Source of the DNA: Klebsormidium nitens
Taxonomy: Eukaryota; Plantae; Klebsormidiophyceae
NCBI GenBank assembly: GCA_000708835.1
Contig: DF237029.1
Span: 24,658-88,657, forward strand
Reading direction: 5' to 3'
Length of the DNA: 64,000 bases
In this document: one piece after another, positions 1 to 10,700 of the stretch
How positions within the stretch are numbered: the stretch's first letter is position 1
Layout of the letters: every line of letters starts with the position of its first letter
Translations under genes and position numbers: made by a program
Notes under the pieces: generated by a model
Told to the model about the DNA's origin: nothing
The model's database searches: none
What the model saw: the letters and a program-made list of their open reading frames with translations, nothing else

Positions 1-2241
1 CCGGGGGCGCGCCGACAAGGGCGGCAGGGCAGGCATCTGCGGAACTGCAGAAAAGTCTTCCTCTTGGAGGGGGGGCATCGCCACCCGCGAAAGTGGGGGG
101 GCTAGAGGCGACGCCGCTACCCCAGCCTGACAGCGCGGGGGGGTCGGATAGGGTGCGCACGAGGAGGGGGGGAGGTGTGGAGGAGCCTCTGGCGGTCCTC
201 TTCAAGGACCCCCCCACGGGGACGAAGCTGCAGGGGAGGAAGAGGGTCCGAGAAGGGCGAGAAGGACAGGCGTTGGGAAAGGGCGAGGGGCAGTCGAAGA
301 GCGGGGATGCGCCCACGTCGTCGAAGAAGAAGAAGAAGGGGGGTAGAAAGGAGGGCGGGCAGAAAGGGGCCCCTGTGGGCGTTGGTGCGGATGGTGTGAC
401 GGAACTGAACGGCGCTGCGGCGGGGGGGCTGGGCCAGGCCAACTTTGCGGGGGTGCAGGCCGGTAGTTTCGTTGCAGGAGAGCCGGCAAGCGCAGCAGAA
501 GGAGTTCCTTCGGCTGCACCGGCTCCTGGCAGCGTTGAAGACGCATGCAGAGCCGCGTCCCCGGCGGGACCTTCTACTGTGCTCCCGGTGGAGGCAGTAG
601 CAGTTCGGGAGGTGACGGGGGGTGTGCAACCAATTGGTGAGGAGGCCGTCAACCGTTCGGAGGAAGTGGGGGAGTGCGGTCCACCGTCTCATGAGAGCAG
701 CGAGGCGCAGTTGGCGTCAGCCTCAGCACAGAGAGAAGGGGCACCCGTGGCGGTCGAAGTCACCGCAACGGAACTGGGCGGTGTAACTAGGAACGCGGGT
801 TTTTCGGAGGCAGCCCCGCCAGCTGGGGTCCTTGGTTCCAGTCTGGTTGCCCCGTCAGTTGACCCGGGGGGAGAGGTCACGGTTGCGGCAGCTGTTGGTG
901 CGGAAGGGGCTGCACCGCTCGGGGCAGGCGCACCAGGGCTCCTCCCGAAACTGGTCTCGCCCAAGCAGAAGAAGGGGAAGAAGAAGGCGGGAAGTCGGAA
1001 GGGGGCAGTCAACGCGTTGCCTGGCAGCAGCGTGCCGTCAGCGGGTGGGGCGGCGGCCTCGAAACCGCGCCAGAGAAGGAGGGGCCCGCCCCCCGTCGAG
1101 CGGCCGAGCACTCACCAAATGTCGCGCAGGAGTAGGCAAGGCGCCTCCACCCCCGGAGAAGCGCCACAGACGGCGCAGAAGGTTTCTATTTCCAACCCGG
1201 CAGAGGAGCTAGCGACGGGCGTCGCGACCGATGAGACCTTTCTCAAGGTAGAAACGGGGGATACGAAGGGGTTCGAAGGACCCGCGAGCAAATCCAAGCC
1301 GCCCGTCGAAATGGCTTTGGCGTCGGGAGATGAGCCACTGTGCGCACCCCCGGAAAAGGTTGAGCTGCTGATTGCACCAGCGGAGCGACTGAAGGGGGGG
1401 GCTGCGCCAGAGGTGAGCGGGGCCGTCTCGGGGGGGTCCCAGTCGCAGGGGCAGGCGGGGGCGCGGTCGCGGAGCGGTTCCGAGAAGAGCGGGAGGCTCG
1501 TGATGAGGGTCGAGGGCTCGCGGCTGTTGCTGCGGAGGGTGAAGCAGACGGAGGGCCCGGAAGCCGTCGAGCCGGAGAAGGAGTTGAAGAGGGGTCCGGT
1601 TGCGGCAGACAGGGGGGACGAGGCGCCTCAGAAAAGCTCTCGGGGGGGCCTGCCCGGGCCGGTTGCTCAGGCGTTGGGAGTATGCGTGAACGAGGTGAGG
1701 AAGCATGTGACGGAAGTGCCAGCCGGGAGCATCTGCCATTTTGTGGTGTTTTACGAAAGGTGCTTTTCTTAGCGATTTGCAAAGAAGTGTGTCATGCTGC
1801 TTCACAAAGTTCTTCGCACATCCGATCCGTGCGGGTTGTGTGCATCAAAGTGGTCCCCCAAGTGACTAGAGAGCCAAGCTGCGAAGGCAAAGTATTTGAT
1901 ACGTCAAGGCCTTGATTGCGTACTGAGTGCTAGGCTGGTTGTGAATGCTGCAGGGCATTGGGAGGCCGCTCGAGGCTACGGGCGCCAGTGCAGCACCGAC
2001 GGACAGGTGCCTTGAGGAGCCAAGGTTCGCCCACAAGTTGGAGCCGTGCAACGAGCTCGTCCTCAGCGAAGTGACAGTTCTGACAAACTGCGACCCGGAA
2101 GCAGACGCACCGGCCGAGTGCGCACGAGCAACATTGGGTCCAGCCCCTAAAGCTGGTCGCGCTGAGGAGGCGTTGGACACAAGCTCTCAAGATAGTTTAA
2201 GCTTGACATATCATGGTGATGGTCACGAGGTGAATTTGTGA
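1..2241 (+). CDS. 3' part of a large, low-complexity, probably disordered Gly/Ala/Lys/Glu-rich protein (5'-truncated by the window edge); exons <1..1694 and 1954..2241
   Basis: The frame of ORF 93..1772 is open back to the window start. A donor GAG|GTGAGG at 1694/1695 and an acceptor TGCAG|GGC at 1953/1954 are both phase 0 and join ...GVCVNE to GIGRPLEA...HEVNL* (ORF 1945..2241). Basic clusters (SSKKKKKGGRK, KQKKGKKKAGSRK) look like NLSs. No domain recognised. Confidence 0.6.
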
Positions 2242-3102
2242 AGTAAGTAGTGTAAGTTTAATTTGGAGGCGGCATTTTTGGTTTCATTATCGCTGACCCA
2301 ACTTGTCCCGTGTAACCTAGAAGAGGAATTGGATGCCACGAGGGACTCCGCTTATCTTGCATTTACTTATTGGGAGGTGCATTGTGCAAACAACGTCAGG
2401 AGCTTGTGGTCTGGTTGGTATTCGAAGGTATTGTTTGTGAAAGTCGCACCTCCCGCGTGTCCAGAACCTCGATCTGAAGCCTTGCTTGATGGTTGTGAAA
2501 CTTATGTGCACAGCGCATGGTCCGTCTGGTCAATGGGTTTCGATCTGAAGCACTTGACTACGTATGCTTTTGATTGTGCAACGTCTGTGTCATTAAGTTG
2601 CACATGTTATGAAGTGGTTTTTCGTGAGTCTATCTAGATGTGGCGCCTTCCATCCAGTCCAATGATCTGCTCGGTGTACCACTGACGCGTCTGTGCACAT
2701 CGATCGGATCGGGTCGGCCACTACCAAATACGGTAATAGCTAAAGTTCAAAGTTTGCATGAGGGCGGCCAACGCTCTGAAGGACTCGCGCGGCGCATCCG
2801 ATGTCGAAGCCACGGTAGCCCGAATTGTGTTGTGCTTGCATGTGATTTAGGTATACAATGTACCAGCCTTGTGCCGCGTTCCCGCGTGCGGCTGGCCGCT
2901 GGCCCCGCATGATGTACCGGCATACCAGTGTCGTGTTTGTGCAGGTACCGTACTGCACTGGCCGTGGTGCGTACCGAATCCGAGGAGTCGCTGACCTGGC
3001 GATATGTAGCTCGAATCCTCTGCCGCAAGATTTTTTAGAAGGGCCGCCGCAGTGCATAACAACCCGTAGGTACCTGGTCCATAAATTTAGTACCTACCTA
3101 CG

Positions 3103-3664
3103 TAAGGGGAAGGTCATTTTGAAGTGGTACCCCCCCTATTTATTTGTGAGGGGGGGGAGCATGGGGCTTGAAGCCCGCCCTGAGGTCCCCATGGGGTGGG
3201 GGCCTACCCCCCTTACGACAGCGAGCTAGCTTGATGGGGGGGGAACCTAACTATCTTGATATTCTGGCCGCAGAAGGGGGGGGGACTCGATGCCAGACCT
3301 CATTTTCCAAGTGTAAATGTAGATTTTGAGCCCAAATCAGGCAGAAAAATGCGTTTTGGCCCTAGGATTTGCCAAAATTTCTCTGGGCATTCCGCAAGAT
3401 TGTCATTTATTGACCGCTTACCGGTATATTCGACCATCTTTTCCAGCCTCATAAGCAAGAATTTTGCCTTTTGACTCTTTCAAAAAAAAAAGGAAGGGGG
3501 GGGCACCCGGGGCCTTGAGCCAAAAAAAATGAAAAAGGGGGGGGGGGCATTGGGCCCTTGACTGTCACGGGGTGTCATTATGGGGGGGGTACCCAGGGCT
3601 GGCCTGGCGAAAACCCCTCACAAATAAATAGGGGGGGTTCCCTTTCAAAGTAACCTTCCCCTAA
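3103..3664. mobile_element. Non-autonomous PIF/Harbinger (Tourist-like) MITE, 556 bp (3106..3661), with TAA target-site duplication
   Basis: TAA at 3103-3105 and again at 3662-3664. About 45-bp imperfect TIRs: left GGGGAAGGTCATTTTGAAGTGGTACCCCCCCTATTTATTTGTGAGGGG; the right end read as reverse complement is GGGGAAGGTTACTTTGAAAGGGAACCCCCCCTATTTATTTGTGAGGGG. No transposase ORF inside. A TAA TSD with G-starting TIRs is the established PIF/Harbinger signature. Confidence 0.8.
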
Positions 3665-4528
3665 TAGGTATAGATACCGATAGGTAGATGGGACCTAGGT
3701 AACTTATCATTTACCGAGGTATCAACACGCCCAGATTTGGTGCATGTCACGAAGAGGATTCAACAATCTCCACGTCGGACTCGGAGAATCGTCAACATGC
3801 CCGATTGTGATTCGTAGCACGGGGACTCGGTACGGCGAGGTCAAAGGGACCACCTTCCGTGACTTACTTGTGTGGATCCTAGTTGGTAGATCATGCTACC
3901 GTACCAATGTACCGACAGAAAAGGAAAAAGGCATACGACGACAGAACATAATGGTCTTATATCTGGGAACACTTACCGGTATACGGTACCTAGGTACTAG
4001 GTAGCCATTCTCAGCCTACAGCGGAGCACGTCAAGATCGAAACTTCTGGAGAGCACACACGTATACCGGTACCTGATCGCTATGGGAACCCATTAATTGA
4101 AGGATTTGAACCGTTGACCTCGTGATTTACGGTAAGGTAATTGAAAGGGAACCTCGCTGTATCGAAAGATTTTCCCTGGATCTCTTCGACAAGGGCGTCG
4201 ATGCGAAAGTTTCGATACGCAGATTCTGTCGCCATGTCTGTTCACGAACTTCGCGGTAAGTGCACTGCAGTGCAGCCTAGGTAGTAGGTAGGTAGTCAGT
4301 CCTAAGGCTACAGCTCTTGGAAAACCTTGCTGCATTGGACCTGCATTCATGCCCCTGAAAAGCAGAGACTTCTGCATGCATTGATTAAAGTTGTGGTCAT
4401 CCTGCTCAATGCTCTACAATTGTTCATAAAACAATCCTATCAAGCTCCCCATCTCTAGACAGTTGTGGACGCAGCATCTCACAATCTATTCCAGAGGTGC
4501 CTTTCCCCCAACACATTCAGCCGCAATC

Positions 4529-6499
4529 ATGAATCTTGGAGCTCTCGGCGGTCAGCTGAAGAAGCTGGGTGTCACTGACGATCAGGTCAAGAAGGCGGAA
4601 GGTCTCCTTGGGTCCAATGCCGCTCTCCTGGGGAAGGCAGAGTCTGCTCTAGGAGGCAAGAAGCCTGCAGAGGAGACTTCCGCTCCTGCCCCTGGGGCCG
4701 GCGCAGTTCCTCCTGCTGCACCTGCTTTGCAGACTGTCCCTGGTCCTGTGGACCCCCCAGCGGCTGCTACTGCAACTGTGGCTGCTGCTGCGGTGGCTGG
4801 CGAGGCACCGAAGCCGGCCACAGCTGCACCGGTGGCTCCGGGACTTGCAGCAGATGGGCCCAAGAACGACGCAATCCACAAGGTGATTTGGAAGAAGCAT
4901 TTCGTCGATGGTCCAGCATGCAATCAATGACAAATGCACACGGTGAACGTTCGACGGCTTGAGGAATGAGCAGAGGGTTGTCATACCCTTGATCTCTAGG
5001 CAAAATCTTGGTGCTGCTCCTTGTGCATATTGACCCTGCATTTCAGATCTAACAATGATCACATTTTATGCATTCTGAAGGTGGGAGGTTGTGAATGGCA
5101 AGTTGTTGAACTTGGAAATGTGGAAGCCCTGTGCACTATCCCTTTCAAAGAACTTATCCTGCAGCACACACTGTGAGGGCTTCCCTCTAGAACTTGTACG
5201 AGCACCAATTGCATCGTAAGATTTAGCACCACTCAGGTGCAATTCTAATCTTTGGCCAACTTGTTTGTTTCTGCAGTTTGCAGCACAGGCTGGAATCAGC
5301 AGCTCCATTGTTGATCAGGGGTTGGCTGCTCTGGGAAAGATCCCTGAACCTCAGTTGAAGGCTGCAGCAGCCAAGGTGAGATTGACAATGTGCTTGATCT
5401 GAAAGTTGAAGTGGGATCTTGCGACATTCACATTTCAGCAATGAAGTGGTGTGTGGTACAGTATCGTGCCCTATAACAGCTGAATAAAGGAAAAGGCTGA
5501 GTACAGGCTGCGTTGTCAGCCACTGGTAGACACACGCAAGCACATTGTTTTGCGAAGCAGATTGTTTGTGAGTATCGAGTTTGCAGGTATCTAGTCCAAA
5601 ATCTTTAGGGTTTATGTTTTCCTCAAAATTGAAGTTAGAGGCGTCCTTCATGGTCTGTTCTTTTATGTGTGTGGTAAAGTGCACTGCCTTTGTATCGATT
5701 TGCGCCTAGAAAACGTTGCATACAGCAAAGGTATCCTTGCATAAGGAATGCAGAATCTGTTTACATTTAAAATGGATTTGAACAGGGATCAGGGAGTTGC
5801 TCTGACCTGTGCCTGTGTCTCTAGCTGTCCCTGCAGCGCACCGATTTGGATGCAGTTTGCACCTTGCCCTGATCGCACAAATCCATGAATTCACCAGTGC
5901 TGTAGCAGCATAGTATCCACTTTACCATGGTAGAACTAGGCACCGCAGCGGCAATCATGTTTATCCGACACACCGGAAACTTACACAAGCCAGATGATCA
6001 GCAGCACAATCACCGACCTGCCTACCCCTGCGCTCCCCATACAATATCTTAAACAGCAAACCCCTTGCTTGTTCTGCAGCTAGGAGTCAGTGAGTCTATC
6101 GTAAACCAGGGTCTCGGTGCGCTCGGCATCCACCAGAAGACTGCTGCTTCAACCCCTGTTCCTGCTACCTCCACCCCCGCTAGCACCCCCGCCGCCCCCA
6201 CTGCCGGTGCTGCGCCCCCCGCCACCGTCCCTACAGCGGCTGGGCTCGAGCAGACGCACCCTGTGGCGGACAGCGGTGTCACCGCCGCTCTCCCCACCCC
6301 CGACTCGACAGGCCTGCCGACTGTAGCACCAGGGGGAAAGACCGGTCCCGCGAGCAGCGATGTTGGCCCACCGCCGGCAGCCAAGCCGCCCGCCGACAAG
6401 ACCGCGGACTCGATTGCGGCGAAGCTACCAGGCGGTTTGGGCGACAGTGCTGCGGTGAAGGGAGCCATTGGCAAGGGCCTGAGCATGTTTGGCAAGTAG
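4529..6499 (+). CDS. Uncharacterised Ala/Pro/Gly-rich protein with repeated short helical motifs; exons 4529..4882, 5277..5375, 6080..6499
   Basis: ATG in gcaatcATG context. Phase-0 GT-AG junctions (CACAAG|GTGATT, CTGCAG|TTT; GCCAAG|GTGAGA, CTGCAG|CTA) give a continuous frame MNLGALGGQLKKLGVTDD...IHK/FAAQAGISSSIVDQGLAALGKIPEPQLKAAAAK/LGVSESIVNQGLGALG...SMFGK*. Confidence 0.75.
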
Positions 6500-7612
6500 A
6501 CTTGCGGAGAGAATGGTTGTCACGAGTTGATGGCAAGGCAGCATAAGAGCAGGAATGGTGTACGTACGCGACTGGTTGCTGCTGCTGTTACAAGGATACT
6601 CGGTATTTTTTTGGGGTCTCTAGTTGCGTAGCTAGCTTGTCGCATTCTCCGTCAAAAAAATCTGGAACTTTTAGCACCAGCTGGCAAGCCTTTCAGCTGT
6701 CGTCTTCTTGTACAAATCTTCTGTGTGGTTGACAATCACAGTCCGATTTCATGTCACACTGTTCAGAGTGCTTGCATGATTCAATGTGCGATCACTTTGC
6801 TTCTTATAAATGTAGGGATGTATGATGCCATGCGAGGTCACAATATAACTGTGGACGGAATGACTGTAATCTGGCGGCAAACTCATGACATTTAGCATCT
6901 TGAGCTGTATCGATCATGTTCTGCAGCATGTAGGTTGTATCCGACGCGGAGCCTCATGGGCGAGTCACTGTAGCCTAGCGTACCTAATTGAATCTTTTAT
7001 AGCTCCAATCGCTCAGCCATTGGGGCTGGGAGGTTGCAAAATCATAATGATACGTACACACGCATCTAGTATATTCTGTAACGATCATGATCGCAATGGG
7101 GCGCCGGGCCGGGGTCCGCGTGCGTGATGGTATAGGAACTTGCTGGCTAGCTATATATAGCAAAGTGCATGGTTGTATTGGTATTTTTGTCAGTGCTGCA
7201 TAATGGTTTTAAATGAACAATATGGTCTATGGCATGGTTTGCAAGTTGCCCCTGCGCCTTGGCAGCGCGGCTGCAATTGAGACAGTCAGGCCCACAATCC
7301 ACGGGATGCCATTTAGTTGCCGGGGTTCAGTACACTGAGCGCATGACTCAGTGCAATAACTTAACTGTCCAACTTGACATCAGGCCAACATTCGAAAGGA
7401 AGGAACGAGCAAAGCAGGCTGTGTCAAAAGCCGCGTTCGAATCAAGCTAATAGAGTGTTAACTAGGAGAAGTCAGCTTGCATCTTTGGTGCTTGACTGGG
7501 TAGCTGAAGCGGGACGGAAGGTTTTTAACGCATGGTCGATCAGCTTCGAACTACATCTACTTTGGCATGTTCATGCCACAGCATATCGGATTACAACGAT
7601 CGGAAAAAGGCT

Positions 7613-7644
7613 CATTGTTAGTGGGGGCCATTGTTAGTGGGGGC
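7613..7644. repeat. Perfect 16-bp tandem duplication (CATTGTTAGTGGGGGC x2) in the 3' flank of the sugar porter gene
   Basis: Seen directly at 7613-7628 and 7629-7644. Confidence 0.85.
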
Positions 7645-7762
7645 CGATCACTCTGACAACTTGGTCTTTGCGAACTCGAACAACCCGATTTAACGGAAGG
7701 AAAGCTTCCCTCCGCTTAATCTCAACATCACAGAGCAATACGCACAGGGACACACGAGCAGC

Positions 7763-10700
7763 TCAGCTCTTGCTCAGCTGCTCTTCGATCTCCTCCAGGC
7801 TCAGGCCCTTGGTCTCGGGCACCTGGAAGTAAATGAACGCCAGAGACGCCAGCGCAATCACGAAGAAGGTGAAGAAGGTGCCGGCCTGGCCCAGGTCCTC
7901 CTGCACAAGGAGAACGTGTAAGCGATGCGTTAGAAGGCAGCGCGGCAGCAGCGGTGGGGCTGTGCGCGTGTTACAAGACCTCAGCAAAGTCCGGTGAGTG
8001 AGGGGACGAGAATCGCGCACGCGCAAACAAAGACGGGTGCTGGCCAAAAGTTATGATCCAAAGACTGAACATTTCAGAGACTCATCACGGCTTCCTGCAG
8101 AGCGTCGAACGAGTCACACTCTGAGTTGGGGCCGACCTCTGCAGTCCAGGACGGTTCCTCTCTCGATCACGCGAGATCCTAACCCAGCCACCTTTGCTGG
8201 GTGCTCATGCAACACAGCCTTTCTAGGCTTCGGCGTTCAGGATCCACCCGCGTCTTTGATATAGCTTCCCAGACCGCACTTGAAGCCTACGCGGCGCGAC
8301 TCCGGGAGATACTTGGACCGCAGGAGACGGACACGAAACGTCAGCTCGCAACTGCGCGGCCTCACTCAGGCTTGTCTGTTCCTTTCCTCTTTCTTTGTTT
8401 CTTTTCTTGCTTTTGCTCATTTCGTTTTTCGTTTTGTTATCTTTTATCACGGGGACCCTCACCTGGACGGTGGGCAGCGCAAAGGAGACGAGCGCGTTGG
8501 AGCCGAAGTTGACGAGCGTGGCCAGGCTGAGCGCGCGCCCGCGCACGCGCAGCGGGAAGATCTCGGATACCATCAGCCACGAGATGGGGCCGAACGAGAT
8601 CTGCAAACGAGAAAGATGAAGAGGATGGGAGAGTTGTTAAGATGGTCTTCGTGAGGAAAAGCTCGTCGGAGGAAGTCTCGACCTGAGGGCCATGGATGAA
8701 ATCAAGGAGACAGCTAGCTGTATTGCAAAAAGATGCACGTGGCAGAGCTGTGGGAGCTGTTGAAGCATGGCGGCTACATCCCTACAAATTCCCAGAGTAG
8801 TGGACGTAACGATCCGAGACAAAGTGCGCCGAGCGAAGAAATTGTGGAGACAGCCCCGAACTCCGAACTACGTTGCCAAGGCACCTTTGAAAGCCTCCTT
8901 CTTACGGCCTCAACAATCCCTGGAAAGACGAGCTCAACCGGGTAAGACTGTGCGGCCTGAGTTCTAGCAGAAGATGTGACGTCATGCGGAATGTAGCGCA
9001 CGCGGACCTGGTAGCAGCCGACGTAGACGAGGAGCGCGACCACGCTGGCGATGGGCACGCTCTGGCCGGAGGAGTAGTAGGCGGCCAGCGCAAGCAGGCT
9101 CGCGCACTGCGAGCAATAAAAAAGACGTTAAGTCAATAACGAAGAAAGACCACAATTGCAAGCCCTCCTCTTAGACAGCTATGTGGATTTTAATTGAACG
9201 ATTGGGGATTGAGAGGGGCTGCAGAACGGCGCACTGTGCGGAAAAGCCAATCGGCGGCAGCAGACTCACGGAACTGCGACCAGACAGAAAAGGAACGAGA
9301 ACTCCGCCTTGGCTCGTGGGCACCCGACGAGGCGAGTACAATCGGCACGTTCTCGCTTTTTCGGGAACACGGGGGTTTTCAGTGGGGACGAGGAGAAAGT
9401 TCGCGGCAGGGTGTGCTTCCAAACGCGGAATGGGCGCACGAAGGCAAGCGCAAAGGTCAGGGGCTCCTCAAACAACCTGTTTCTCGACCATTGCAGAGTA
9501 CCCGAACCTAGAGTACAGGGGAGACTACCGAACGCGCCACAATCCAAAGCAGCGCAGATAGTTCCCAGCCGTGCACTCACGATGCCCGAGACGCCCGCCA
9601 GCAGCAGCGGTCGCCGGCCCGCCTTGTCGACCACGACCACCGACAGCATGGTCGCCGCCAGCTGCCAGGGAGGAGGGGCGACCAGGTGAGCAATTGAGAA
9701 CACTTTCGAGGCAATTGCTTCTTGGATTCTACGCTTTTGTAAGCGGGATGGGATGCGTGGGAGTGAATGCATAGTCAACGTTTGTTCCCGAAAGCGTAAT
9801 GCAAGACTGCCTCCAGAGAGCTGCGAGCGGTTTGTGGGTGCGTCCTCTCTTTCGTCTGCTGAGAAGCTGCTCTCGCCAAACCTAGTGCAATGGGCAGGCC
9901 AACTAGGGTCAAACGTGCCCATCAAACACCCGATACCAGTGTTCCGGCCACCCCATGGCACTAGATCCAAAAATGACGGCGGCCGGAACGACGGAACGGA
10001 GTGTTGCGGGCTAACACGGACTGGGCCCTCGCTCACCTTGAGGCTCCCGAGGAACACCGAGATCTTGGTGGCCTCAGACGCTTCCGCAAATCCGGCGTCC
10101 TGCGAGGAGCGTCACAGCGGAACGTGAGAGCCGACACGCGCTGACATTTCAGGTGCGCATCATCTACGTGGTGATTTGGAAGCGGACTGCCAAAGGGCCT
10201 CCTCTAGTGCCAGCGTTGTAACACCTGTCTGTAAGCTCAGGTTGCGACCTCCCTCGATTTCCAACTCGATGGCGATGTCGGGTTCTAAAGTTTCGCCCTT
10301 CTGAACGCTTGCATTGCGAGCTCTCCTCGACTTCCAGATTCGCGGCGAAGACGAGCAACTAGGGCGACACTCTGAGCGGCAGATTCGGCGACCAGACACG
10401 GCTTCGTGTAAAGCTACTGAATTGGAAGAGTACTTCGTTGGTGCGGATGCTTGGTGCCTCCAAAGGAGTGGTACAGCTTTTGTCGTAAGCAGTACACAGA
10501 GCATGCACAAGATTTTGCCTTCGGTTGGCTCGACGCCTCGAGGGGCGACACGGCGGCTGTGCCTCACCTTGAAGATGGTCGCCGCGTAGTAGAGCACGCT
10601 GGGCTGGCCCGTGACCTGCAAAGAGACGAGAAATTGTGAGAGAAGCCCGGCGAAAAGATGAGCCAATGAAGGCTTTCAAACGGGGCCCTAAATACGGACA

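Noticed and set aside
5724-5733. GTATCCTT / ATATCCTT motifs (also near 50712) resembling U12-type 5' splice sites
   Set aside because: Neither is needed to keep a frame, because canonical GT-AG models explain both genes, and no matching U12 branch point or acceptor was found.
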